Origin: a virus
IMG/VR virus record: IMGVR_UViG_3300042922_000210
Coordinates: 1 to 42,176 of that record
Strand: one strand, 5' to 3'
DNA: 42,176 bases
In this document: positions 14,956 through 24,000 of the stretch, piece after piece
How the letters are laid out: the number at the start of each line of letters is the position of its first letter
How positions within the stretch are numbered: position 1 is the first letter of the stretch
Translations under genes and position numbers: made by a program
The notes under the pieces: generated by a model
What the model was told of the DNA's origin: nothing
The model's database searches: none
What the model saw: only the letters and a program-made list of their open reading frames with translations

Positions 14956-15777
14956 TTATGCACCCAAGCTTTCTCTATCCATGAATGCGATAATTCCACG
15001 TTTAGTCATTATTTCGTGTATGAATAGCCGTCCTTTTTGTGTCCATCGGGTATTCATTGTCACGTCTGGCTCTCCGTTGCTTCTTTTAATGTCAATAGTT
15101 TCTGACTGGGTTAATCCTTTATTTGTATATTTGGTGTAAAGAACCCATTGTTTGTTGACCTTGTATTGTATTCTTTCTTCATGGAGTATCTTGTTGAGTG
15201 CTGATCCGGATAATCCGTAGTCCTTTGCAATCTGAGTAATGGTAATTGTCCCTTTAGAAGTTAGTATTTTATCGAGGTAAGTAAGTTTAGGTTCTATTTC
15301 TGATAATTGTTGTTCCAGCAGAAGTGTTTTAGATTCAAGATTCTGACGTGTCTCTTCCTCAGCAATCCATTTCTTTGCACGTTCTACAGGATCAGGAATC
15401 ATGTATGACGGAGTTTCAGGATTCAGCAATTTACGTTCCATCTCTTCAAAGCGAGTTACATAAGTTGCGGTGAAGAGAACTCCTTTAGCTCCAGTCATTT
15501 TGTTAGCTACCATGTCGCAGCCTTTTTTTGTTATGTCATACCGTCTTCGTTCTTCACCTTTGGAGTCGATGTATGTCTCCTCAATGAAGAAGTTCAACGG
15601 GTCCAAATCTGGTCCGGTTAACGCCCTCAAATCTGAGGAGGTTGATTCATTAAGAACAGAAACGTAAAAATCCACATCCCTTAGCAAATTGTCATGTCTT
15701 TTGCCAATCATTAAAGCGATTTCCCTACTATCAGCGAGCAACTTACCACCTTTACTTACGATCCTGAGTTGGTTCAT
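14956..15777 (-). CDS. phage antirepressor (Rha-type N-domain plus KilAC/ANT C-domain)
   Basis: LLADSREIALMIGKRHDNLLRDV (Rha) and ITITQIAKDYGLSGSALNKILHEE (KilAC-like). Confidence 0.85.
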   Translation of the reverse strand: MNQLRIVSKGGKLLADSREIALMIGKRHDNLLRDVDFYVSVLNESTSSDLRALTGPDLDPLNFFIEETYIDSKGEERRRYDITKKGCDMVANKMTGAKGVLFTATYVTRFEEMERKLLNPETPSYMIPDPVERAKKWIAEEETRQNLESKTLLLEQQLSEIEPKLTYLDKILTSKGTITITQIAKDYGLSGSALNKILHEERIQYKVNKQWVLYTKYTNKGLTQSETIDIKRSNGEPDVTMNTRWTQKGRLFIHEIMTKRGIIAFMDRESLGA

Positions 15778-15791
15778 ACATAACCTCTCCT

Positions 15792-16031
15792 TTATGCTGA
15801 AATGTTCGTTTTTCGAGCGTTTGAATTAAAAAAAATCTGTTCAATTGGTTTTTTTAATGTTCGAGATATGCGATATGCAACATGCAATGAAGGGTTATAT
15901 TCTCCCCTTTCAATGTTACTAATTAATGCTCTTGATATGCCAGCAAGTGTCGCCAACTCTTCTTGAGTTAGCTTCATTTCCTTGCGAGCATTGATTAAAC
16001 TCGTTAACGGTACTAGATTTTTTTTAGTCAC
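15792..16031 (-). CDS. Cro-like XRE-family repressor (79 aa)
   Basis: MKLTQEELATLAGISRALISNIERGEYNPS. GTG at 16031 follows AAAGGGGG (7-nt spacer). The track start at 16052 lies in the operator. Confidence 0.8.
   Translation of the reverse strand: MTKKNLVPLTSLINARKEMKLTQEELATLAGISRALISNIERGEYNPSLHVAYRISRTLKKPIEQIFFNSNARKTNISA
15802..15821. promoter_or_regulatory. distal operator-like site (atgTtcgtttTtcgagcgtt) inside the 3' end of the cro-like gene
   Basis: 18 of 20 positions identical to the two operators at 16051 and 16088. Confidence 0.5.
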
Positions 16032-16050
16032 TGTTAAACCCCCTTTCTTC

Positions 16051-16070
16051 ATGCTCGTTTATCGAGCGTT
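16051..16070. promoter_or_regulatory. operator (atGCTCGtttatCGAGCgtt, 5-bp inverted arms)
   Basis: The first 19 nt recur verbatim at 16088-16106; lies at or just downstream of the predicted early transcription start. Confidence 0.6.
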
Positions 16071-16082
16071 GCTTATGGGTTT

Positions 16083-16111
16083 ATTATATGCTCGTTTATC
16101 GAGCGTGTCAA
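16083..16111 (-). promoter_or_regulatory. early promoter: consensus TTGACA-17-TATAAT with an operator filling the spacer
   Basis: Minus strand TTGACAcgctcgataaacgagcaTATAAT (-35 at 16106-16111, -10 at 16083-16088). Confidence 0.7.
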
Positions 16112-16191
16112 TACTTTTTAGCTCGATTTTCAAACGTTTATTATACGAGCATTTTGCTGTAATATTAAAACAAATACAAGGAGTGGTTAAA

Positions 16192-16611
16192 TTGCCTAAT
16201 AGACCATTTAAGGAAATATTGAAAGAACTTAGGGAAAGGAGAGGACTTACTCAAGAGGAACTTGCAGCAGCATTAGATGTGCCAGCATCTTCAATAAGAA
16301 GATATGAATCAAATAATGGAGACCCAAGAAAAGAGCGAATGAATAAAATAGCCGATTATTTTAATTGTTCAGTTGATTACTTACAGGGAAGAACAGAAAA
16401 CCCAGAGCAGGTCCTGTCGGAACCATCCCGGGTTTTAATTGATTCCTTGGACCTTACAGATGAAGAGATCATAGCAAAAATGGACTTTATCGTGGATGGG
16501 ATAAAGTTGGATGACGAAGACGTAAGAAGGTTTATTGCACTGGTCAGGGCCGAACGGTCTATGAAGAAACAAGTTCCTGCGGTTCAAGGCGCAAAAGAAG
16601 ATAAGCTTTAA
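16192..16611 (+). CDS. CI-like XRE-family repressor (139 aa)
   Basis: TTG at 16192, 8 nt after AAGGAG. LRERRGLTQEELAAALDVPASSIRRYESN plus a C-terminal domain; divergent from the cro-like gene. Confidence 0.8.
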   Translation: MPNRPFKEILKELRERRGLTQEELAAALDVPASSIRRYESNNGDPRKERMNKIADYFNCSVDYLQGRTENPEQVLSEPSRVLIDSLDLTDEEIIAKMDFIVDGIKLDDEDVRRFIALVRAERSMKKQVPAVQGAKEDKL

Positions 16612-16841
16612 TGTACTCAGGCTTCATGTCCAGGGGGCTCATTGATTCAATACCTTGCAATATGCGGCTTGTCCGTACTCCTAGCTCTTCCAACGTTTGT
16701 CTTGTTATGTCCATCTTTACCTTGTCCATTGAAACAACCCCTTAGAGTTTTTACAGCGATGATCCGTTAATATTACCACATCACTGGGCATTACGGAATG
16801 TATGTTCGTATTTTAAATAAAAAAATATAGGTGACATCGAC

Positions 16842-17054
16842 ATGGGTTATGTACCTGGTCGTTGCCTACTGAAGAAAAGACTTAGAGAAATCAGGCAGAA
16901 TCAACAATGGCTAGCCGGTGAATTAAATATGCCAAAGGCCCAAATATCTGATTACGCGAATAATCGGAAGGTAATGTCTCTCGCTACTGCGAAAACAATT
17001 GCCGTGGCATTGGGTTGCTACATCGATGATCTCTATGACTTTAATAAACAGTAG
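16842..17054 (+). CDS. XRE-family HTH protein (70 aa)
   Basis: LREIRQNQQWLAGELNMPKAQISDYANNRKVMSLATAKTIAVALGC. Confidence 0.75.
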   Translation: MGYVPGRCLLKKRLREIRQNQQWLAGELNMPKAQISDYANNRKVMSLATAKTIAVALGCYIDDLYDFNKQ

Positions 17055-17089
17055 GCTTGAGCGGCATTCAGCTGCTCCGACCCGGTTGT

Positions 17090-17111
17090 TAGTACTCCGT
17101 ACGGAGTACTA
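17090..17111. repeat. 22-bp perfect palindrome tAGTACTCCGTACGGAGTACTa
   Basis: Read directly; 36 nt after the XRE stop, no T-tract. Confidence 0.7.
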
Positions 17112-17206
17112 CAAACAATCATAATACATAATTCTGCAATAATCACCTGCCCTTTAGTACTAATTACTTTATGTCGTTAATATATCACTCTATTTATGAA
17201 AACGCT

Positions 17207-17225
17207 GTCGAACGAGGTCGAACGA
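17207..17225. repeat. tandem direct repeat GTCGAACGA-g-GTCGAACGA
   Basis: Read directly in the gap downstream of 17268..17600. Confidence 0.6.
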
Positions 17226-17267
17226 TTGTACCCGTCCAACAACAGTGGAGGGGTTGACAATCACATA

Positions 17268-17600
17268 TCAAATATGCTTGCGTATCCGAACTTTCAATCC
17301 GCTGACAAATTTAATTACTGATCCATTATTATCAATTGACTTTACTTGTTGGACATTTTTTGTATTGATGATAGTCGATTGATCCATTGGTTCAAATCCT
17401 AAATGTTTAAGGGCTTTTCCTAAATCTCCCAAGTTACAAAGACAGATGTAAGATCCGTAAAAAGTATGGAATGCGGGTACTCCATAAGAGTTTTTTGTGC
17501 GGTGCCATACATTAATGTAATCTACGTCTCCAATATCTAACTCAACAAAATCTGTTTCGTCTCCCTTTCGATCGTTCATTCGCACTGTTAGTAATTTCAT
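17268..17600 (-). CDS. stand-alone LytTR-like DNA-binding protein (110 aa)
   Basis: DVDYINV...FHTFYGSYICLCNLGDLGKALKHLGFEPMDQSTIINTKNVQQVKSID..GSVIKFVSGLKVRI resembles the LytTR pattern (from memory). Confidence 0.5.
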   Translation of the reverse strand: MKLLTVRMNDRKGDETDFVELDIGDVDYINVWHRTKNSYGVPAFHTFYGSYICLCNLGDLGKALKHLGFEPMDQSTIINTKNVQQVKSIDNNGSVIKFVSGLKVRIRKHI

Positions 17601-17768
17601 GATGTCACCCTCCTACCCAAAACGTGGGTAGTTAAATCATACTTTATTGCGATAAAGTTATCATTCCACAAAATATGACAGGGGAAATATTCCATACCTC
17701 TATTAGTATGGTCTTTTTGTTACCCCTCCCCTACAATACAGACATAGATAGAGTTAAGGAGTGATCTA

Positions 17769-19253
17769 GTGAAAGCAGGTATATACATCCGGGTATCCAC
17801 GGACGAGCAAGCAGCTGAAGGTTTCTCGATTGACGCACAGAAGCGCCGTCTGCTGGCCTACGCCGATTCTCAGGACTGGGAAGTATCAGATGTATACATT
17901 GATGATGGATGGTCCGCGAAGGATCTGAAGCGCCCTGAGATGCAGCGTATGATCAAAGACGTGGAGATACATGCTTTTGACGTGGTGCTCGTGTACAAGC
18001 TTGACCGCATGACCCGGTCCGCCAGTGACTGTGACAATCTTATTAAGATGTTCGAGTCCCACAATGTCAAGTTTCAGAGCTGTACGGAGTCGTTTGAGAC
18101 GCGCACGGCGACAGGTAGACTATTTATCCGCCTCGTGGCCGACATCGCTCAGTGGGAGCGTGAGAACACGGCAGAGCGTGTACGCATGGGTATGGAGCAA
18201 ATGGTGCACGAGGGACGGCGGCCGGGCGGTCCGGTTAACTTCGGGTATGACAAGAATGAAAAGCTTGTCCAAGAGGAATATACACAGAATAGGCTGGTCA
18301 GGAAATTTTACCTGGAGGGATTGGGGTTAAAGGGAGTGGCAACCAAACTGAACGATATGGGACTGCTTCGGCGCGGGTATCGGTGGACATCCTTCAGCGT
18401 TTGGTATGTACTGGACAACCCTTACTATGCCGGTAAACGGAGATATGGGTCCAAGAAAGCAAACGGCAAGTACACAAATCGCAAGATGGAAGAGCAAGTG
18501 GATGTGCTGATTGTGGATGGTCCACAGGATTTAACCTTTACCTGGGAAGAGTATTTGGAACATAAGGAAGAAATGAAGCGCCGATCATTCACCGGACACT
18601 CAAAGGTTCGGGAATACTGGTTCTCCGGTGTGCTGAAGTGCAGCAAGTGCGGGGGCAAGATGTCCGGACGGTACCACCAGAACAAACGCCAGGATGGCAG
18701 CTACAATAAGATCCTATCCTATATCTGTTCCGGCCGGCAGACGGGGAAAGGATGCACCATGCCGATGTTCCGCCAGGAGTTAGTGGAGTCGTTGCTGCTG
18801 GAATGGATTGGTGAAAGGTTATCCACAGATTATTCAGCTATCCGGGAACTGGCCGCAACTGCAGAAGAAGATCCGGTCGTTGATCTGCGCAAGGACTTGG
18901 CGAGGGAGCTTGAAAAGGTCCGGGACCGGCGCAAGAAGTGGCAGCGCATGTACGCCGATGATCTGATCTCTCAGGAGGAACTGCGGGATCACAACGCTGA
19001 TGAGAAGCAGAATGAGGAATTACTGATGGCAGAGCTTGCAAAAATGCCGGACGTCCACATAGAGGATTATGCAGAGCAGAACGAAATCCTGTTTGGCCTA
19101 CCGGAAGTATGGGACCAGATGGACGATGTGGATAAGCACGACATGATTCTGGATATCTTCAAAGAAATTACGTTATACACACCTCTTGAGAAAGCACATG
19201 CCCGAAAAGGTAAGTTCATTCCGGCATCCATTCAGAGTGTTATTTTCAATTAA
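17769..19253 (+). CDS. int: large serine recombinase (integrase)
   Basis: IYIRVSTDEQ...YKLDRMTRS resolvase domain, recombinase domain and CSKCGG...C zinc ribbon. GTG after AAGGAGTG. Confidence 0.95.
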   Translation: MKAGIYIRVSTDEQAAEGFSIDAQKRRLLAYADSQDWEVSDVYIDDGWSAKDLKRPEMQRMIKDVEIHAFDVVLVYKLDRMTRSASDCDNLIKMFESHNVKFQSCTESFETRTATGRLFIRLVADIAQWERENTAERVRMGMEQMVHEGRRPGGPVNFGYDKNEKLVQEEYTQNRLVRKFYLEGLGLKGVATKLNDMGLLRRGYRWTSFSVWYVLDNPYYAGKRRYGSKKANGKYTNRKMEEQVDVLIVDGPQDLTFTWEEYLEHKEEMKRRSFTGHSKVREYWFSGVLKCSKCGGKMSGRYHQNKRQDGSYNKILSYICSGRQTGKGCTMPMFRQELVESLLLEWIGERLSTDYSAIRELAATAEEDPVVDLRKDLARELEKVRDRRKKWQRMYADDLISQEELRDHNADEKQNEELLMAELAKMPDVHIEDYAEQNEILFGLPEVWDQMDDVDKHDMILDIFKEITLYTPLEKAHARKGKFIPASIQSVIFN

Positions 19254-19306
19254 TCGTGTGTAGTTTGTTATCTTCGGTAATCCATAGATATCAAGACGCA
19301 CACGAT
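19253..19306. other. candidate attP (ATCGTGTG ... CACACGAT arms, 54-bp span) between the int 3' end and the lysis terminator
   Basis: 8-bp inverted arms at 19253-19260 and 19299-19306; canonical position between integrase and lysis module. Confidence 0.35.
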
Positions 19307-19333
19307 AACGCGTTTTTCTTCTATATATAAAGT

Positions 19334-19362
19334 AAAAAAGGCCACCCGGTTAAGGATGGCCT
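19334..19362 (-). terminator. intrinsic terminator ending the lysis cassette
   Basis: AGGCCATCC-ttaacc-GGGTGGCCT followed by TTTTTT on the minus strand, 6 nt after the holin stop. Confidence 0.75.
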
Positions 19363-19367
19363 ACTCG

Positions 19368-19727
19368 TCATGCGGACTTTTTCGGCTGGTTATAATCAAG
19401 CACCGCTTTCTCGATTGCTGCTTTAATTTCTTCCGGCGCTACTTGCATCCCGGACTGGTTTAACAATCTAGATGCGTAGTTATAAGCTTCTGAAAGCTTG
19501 GTCGGTCCGCCCAGAGTTTTGAACTCCTTTTCGGCAAAAGCATAAGCCTCTAAAGCGATCTTGTGGATCAGCTCACGCTCTGCTAGGGATGTTTTACTTG
19601 CTAACCAGATCTTTACCTTACTTTGCAATACGGCCAGCAGAGAGAGGGCTACAGTAGCCGCTATCCCTATAAGCGTAACCACAACAGTAGCCACCTGCGG
19701 TTGTACTTGATCCCAAATTTCTTTCAT
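19368..19727 (-). CDS. holin, LL-H family (119 aa)
   Basis: ATG at 19727 after GGAGGGG. One N-terminal TM (VATVVVTLIGIAATVALSLLAVL) then a long soluble tail. Confidence 0.75.
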   Translation of the reverse strand: MKEIWDQVQPQVATVVVTLIGIAATVALSLLAVLQSKVKIWLASKTSLAERELIHKIALEAYAFAEKEFKTLGGPTKLSEAYNYASRLLNQSGMQVAPEEIKAAIEKAVLDYNQPKKSA

Positions 19728-19729
19728 TG

Positions 19730-20596
19730 TTACCCCTCCTTCGGAATGATCAATACTCTTTTTGGATTGGATGCGTCCGGCTCCATAAACACGCTGCGGA
19801 TTAGGCCGAGCGTCATAAGGTCCGTAGATCGGATATAACTGGTATTGTTGTATATCTTGGTCTCCACCGGTGTTCCGTTGATTAAGATCGTCTTGTTTGA
19901 AAAGGTCCATTGCAGGAAGCCCAACATCCCTAAGGTGAGCTTAGCCGGTACCCAGCTGCGGCCATCGATGATAATACCCGGCTGCTCAATGTCCAGGCCG
20001 CCGATGCGTACGGTAACTGGGTTTGTATTTGATGGAACAGCCTCATATTGGATTTCCAGATACTCGCATACTCCCCGGGCTACAGCCTCTGCATAGCGCG
20101 GGATGAAGTCAGGGGAAACCAATATCAGTTCCTCCGCAGGGTTGCTTAAATAGCCCGGCTCTGTCAGCGCTGCGGCCATGGTCGTCTCCCTGGTCACTGC
20201 AAGGTTGTATTTGTTAATGCCGCGATCCTTGAAGCCTGTAGCCTTTACCAGGTGCTTCTGCACAATCTTTGCCAACTTCTCGCTCTCACCGGTCCGCGTG
20301 TATTCTGTCTCGGTGCCAGTAGATGTGTCTTTGAAACTATTCACGTGGATGGAAATGAACGCATCAACATTATCTTTATTCGCCATTTTCGCCCGTTCGC
20401 TCAGACCGATGAATACGTCTGTGTCCCGGGTTAAAGTACATTCAATGTTGGGGTTTGGCTTGAGCAGTTCAGCGATTTTCAGCGCCGTTGCAAGGTTGAT
20501 ATCCTTTTCTTTCACACCGGTGATGCTGATCGCTCCTGAGTCATGCCCCCCGTGTCCCGGGTCTATCTTTACTTTTTTGACTTTTTTCTTCGCCAT
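19730..20596 (-). CDS. N-acetylmuramoyl-L-alanine amidase endolysin (Amidase_3 plus stalk-like C-terminal wall-binding repeats)
   Basis: KIDPGHGGHDSGA...AFISIHVNSF. ATG at 20596, 7 nt after GGAAGGAGTG. C-terminus IIIDGRSWVP / ILINGTPVE..NNTSYIR. Confidence 0.9.
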   Translation of the reverse strand: MAKKKVKKVKIDPGHGGHDSGAISITGVKEKDINLATALKIAELLKPNPNIECTLTRDTDVFIGLSERAKMANKDNVDAFISIHVNSFKDTSTGTETEYTRTGESEKLAKIVQKHLVKATGFKDRGINKYNLAVTRETTMAAALTEPGYLSNPAEELILVSPDFIPRYAEAVARGVCEYLEIQYEAVPSNTNPVTVRIGGLDIEQPGIIIDGRSWVPAKLTLGMLGFLQWTFSNKTILINGTPVETKIYNNTSYIRSTDLMTLGLIRSVFMEPDASNPKRVLIIPKEG

Positions 20597-20859
20597 CTTT
20601 AACACTCCTTCCCGGAGGGTGTCCTCCAGTGATAAGGTCAATGATATAGTTGAGCTCTCCGCTGCCCGACTCTTTAATCGTTTGGTACGCCCATACTGCT
20701 TCGTTGGCTGCCATTTTCGACCACCTAACAATTCGATTTGGTTCGTTGCCCATCTGCGCCAGTCCTCATTTTCGTCAGCAAGGTAGGGGAAGTGTCCCTG
20801 CAGAAACTTCCGGAACATCTTCATACCACTGCGTTTCCCGTATAGGTAAAATAGGTAGA

Positions 20860-20886
20860 ACAAAAGGGCCTCCCATTTAAGGCCCT
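20860..20886 (-). terminator. intrinsic terminator after the 1515-aa/52-aa genes
   Basis: AGGGCC-ttaaatggga-GGCCCT followed by TTTGTTCT on the minus strand. Confidence 0.55.
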
Positions 20887-20915
20887 CCATGTTCTTTAAT
20901 ATGAAGTACGTCAGA

Positions 20916-21074
20916 TCATACAGCGACTCTATGGTCCCCCACATCGATTGGCACCGCCTCCGGATCAAGTAACTCCGCCATCTCTGCCCCGTATAGGTGC
21001 GTGATCCAGTCCAGCGCCCAGGCGGTTAGACCGTCTTGAAATTCGGTTTCGTCATACTGCATTAATTTGTCCAT
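20916..21074 (-). CDS. 52-aa acidic protein, not in ORF track
   Basis: TAATG overlap with the 1515-aa gene. MDKLMQYDETEFQDGLTAWALDWITHLYGAEMAELLDPEAVPIDVGDHRVAV. Confidence 0.5.
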   Translation of the reverse strand: MDKLMQYDETEFQDGLTAWALDWITHLYGAEMAELLDPEAVPIDVGDHRVAV

Positions 21075-24000
21075 TATTTTTTGTCCTTCAGGCTTTGTGT
21101 GACGCGCTGCACTAAGTCATTCCGGCGTTTGATTAAAGGTTCAATCTTTAATTGCTTTTCCTTGGCTGACAATTCACCACGTTCTATAGCCTTGATCGAT
21201 TTATTTATGTCGCTCACTACTTCGGAAACATTATTGATCCGTTCCAATTCGCTCAGTTTTTTGAACGGAACCTTATTCAGTTTGGAGGAAGACTTTTCCT
21301 TCGTGAGTTTGTCTTTCAATGAATAAAATTTATCCATAGCCTTGCCGCCCTGATTTGGATCAACCAGAAACGATCTTGTGAACGGCGCTTGTTCAATGGA
21401 CTTTGCTGGCTTTGTGGTTCGTTCATATGCTCCTGTTTTATCAAGAATGATATCAATGGCATCGGTGGCATATTTACCAAGTCCAGCCGTCAGGCCCTGC
21501 AGTGTATTATCGATCACCCGCGGAGAGCTGAAGTTCTTGAACGATCCCTTTCCTCCGGTCAATTTATCTACTCCTCCCGCAATAATCCGGGCCGTAGATG
21601 TGGTGCGAACCGGATCGTACTGGTCTTTGTACTGTAATCCTTGCTCTGCCTTAGGAATAATTGATCCTTCCTTAAAGAATGAATAGTTAGACATCCCTTC
21701 AATTACTGGCAGTATACCGGATATTTGGGTTGGTAAAGCATTGCTTTTGATAGATCGCCTTACATATCCATCGAATGCTTCAGGATCTTTATCCAAAACA
21801 AAAGACAGTGCTTTTTCTGGCAAATTTGCAAACAATGTTGCCAGATCGAATGGTTTTGGTATTCGCGCTACTGTATCCGTTCCAGGTATGGCCATCAACC
21901 AGAATGAATCCTTCATCCAGTCCGGGGCGTTGCTGATGGTGGATTTCTGTGTATCGTTAGCATACTTGTGGTTCAAGATGAATATCCCAATTGTCGGAAC
22001 CGTTACCGATACAATCCCTCGAGTAGTAACGCCAACCCAATCGTTTTTAATAGCTCGGATAAGTTTTGATTTCCCCTGAATGTTTGCATTCAAAAAAGCA
22101 ACTATTCTATTAGTTGGGCGTATGCTAGATCCTGCCCTGGCAAAGTCCATCAAATCCCTCGAACGATACGCTGCCTCTTGTTTGCTCGCGCCGGAACGTA
22201 GCGCAGCCCGGTACTCTCCGACCTTAGTTGCTGATTCGGTTGTGTCTGAAATCGACCTCAGCAGTCCGATGAGTGATTTTCCATTCACCAAATTGACAAA
22301 TTTCTTTGAATTTGGCTGCTTCAGTACGGTTTCTAAGGCTTTTTTGTGGACATTTCTATCCAGCGAAAGTGTATTACCGTAAGCTCCCAGGTTATCAATC
22401 CAGTCCTTATACAGAGGTCCCTTCTTGATTGTCTGTATCAGACCGGCACCAAAGTCAGTAATAGGATTGAAGCCACTCTCTGAGACAACAAAGGCGTTGT
22501 TAATATCTCGGATCGGGTTTCGAAGCGCGAACTCTGGTGTTATGGTAGCTCCGGCACGTAGTAGACTGGCAGGCTTAGATAGGATGTTCATCAGCGTATT
22601 ACTGGACTCTTGATCAAGGTTCATCAGAGCTTTGTATACCTCTGGCTGCACCTCGTACCGAACTTCCTTGCCATCGACTTTAACCTTGACTACGTTTTTC
22701 TCTCCAACTTGTTCAGCATTGGTGAGTTTGCGGATATATGTCCCGTTCTCGTCCAGTTCAGCAAGCTTCGTAATCTGCTGAGCCACCTTGTTTCGTTCTG
22801 CCGCATTAACACTCTGGAAGATGTTCTTCACCATGTTTTCCAGTGGTGCAATGACCTTTCGTTCCGACCCCTGCAGCGCCTTGATCGGGCTGGTTACATT
22901 GGCAAGTGCGCTCGACAGTCCATCGCCGAACCCTACCTTTTCATTATCCATTTCTCGGAACAACGGAATGTAATTCTTCCAACGTTCGCCCAGCACATCA
23001 TATAGTTCTTGTGAAACTACCCCACTGTCCAACAATTCTTTCAGCATATCGCGGTTTACCTTAACCAGTTCTTGCTGTGCTGCTTTCATTTCATCAGATC
23101 CGAATTCATTCAGAATGGACTTGATTTCTTGGTTAGTAAATCCAGATTTATATCCGGCTGCATTCACATCCTGTGCATGTTTAGCAAGAGCATACAATTC
23201 TAGGTCCTCCACGGAGTTTCCGGCCTGTTCAACCTTATTGATTACCGATCCTAATCGGTCCTGCACAATTTGGCTGGCACGTTCCGGCGCTCCTTTGAAC
23301 ATTCTAGCTGCCTTATAAAGGCTGTCTTCTGCGCTGGATAACTTTCCACCACGAACGTTCTTTTCGACCGTCTCCAAGGCTGCTAGGTCGTCTGTAGTCT
23401 GTGTACGCCACTTTTGCCACCGTTCCGCAAATGGAGTTGACTTTTTCGGTGCGTTACGGCTGATTTTCTCAGCGAACGAGGCGGCATCACCTTCAGGTTT
23501 AGCATTGAATTCAACTGCTGATTTACCTTCTTTACTCGCCAATCGTTCCTGTTTACGCAGTTCCTCCCGGCTCATACGAAGTATTTTTTCTGCATGTGGC
23601 CGGGCAGATTCACCGAATTCCTTAACCAGTTCCTCTGTGAAGTTCGCGACCTTGATTGTTCCCTTACCGAGTTTGGCCGCCATAATCACCGCGTAGTCCG
23701 CCCACTCCGGCAAAGGACTGGAGTTCAGATATCCTTTGCGCTTGGCTATGCGCTCTCTAGCTGCCTTTTCTGCTTCATCCAGGTAAGAGTAAACCTTGTC
23801 CCGGACATTAGGCTGATTGACAGCTTTGATAGCTTCTTCAACTTCCTGAACCTCATTTTTCGGAGTTGATTTCATTACCGGTTCTGGCTTAGAAGGTGAC
23901 TTTACTTCCGGCTGTGCTGGTCTCGCTTTGGCATAGGTTGATTTCTCAGGCGTGGACTCAGGGAATAACTTGTTTTTATCAAACTCCGCACTTTGGGCAA

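Noticed and set aside
14928-14999. Longer start (GTG 14999) for the 14520 gene
   Set aside because: It has no RBS and overlaps the antirepressor C-terminus by 44 nt. ATG 14927 is preferred, though the choice is uncertain.
16559-16729. 56-aa minus-strand ORF (MDKVKMDITRQTLEELGVRTSRILQGIESM...) with an AAGGGG RBS
   Set aside because: It would overlap the 3' end of the CI-like gene convergently by 53 nt, and I see no supporting motif. Not reported as a feature.
17681-17726. Alternative attP-like dyad upstream of int (GGGG..CCATAC-ctctatta-GTATGG..CCCC)
   Set aside because: It is a plausible site. However, the canonical attP position is between the int 3' end and the lysis module, and this site sits inside the int promoter/5' region. 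Left as the second choice.
20597-20968. N-terminal 124-codon extension of the endolysin ORF (track start TTG 20968)
   Set aside because: It contains a terminator hairpin and overlaps a better small gene. A strong RBS precedes ATG 20596, exactly where the Amidase_3 domain begins. Kept only as an open question in the findings.
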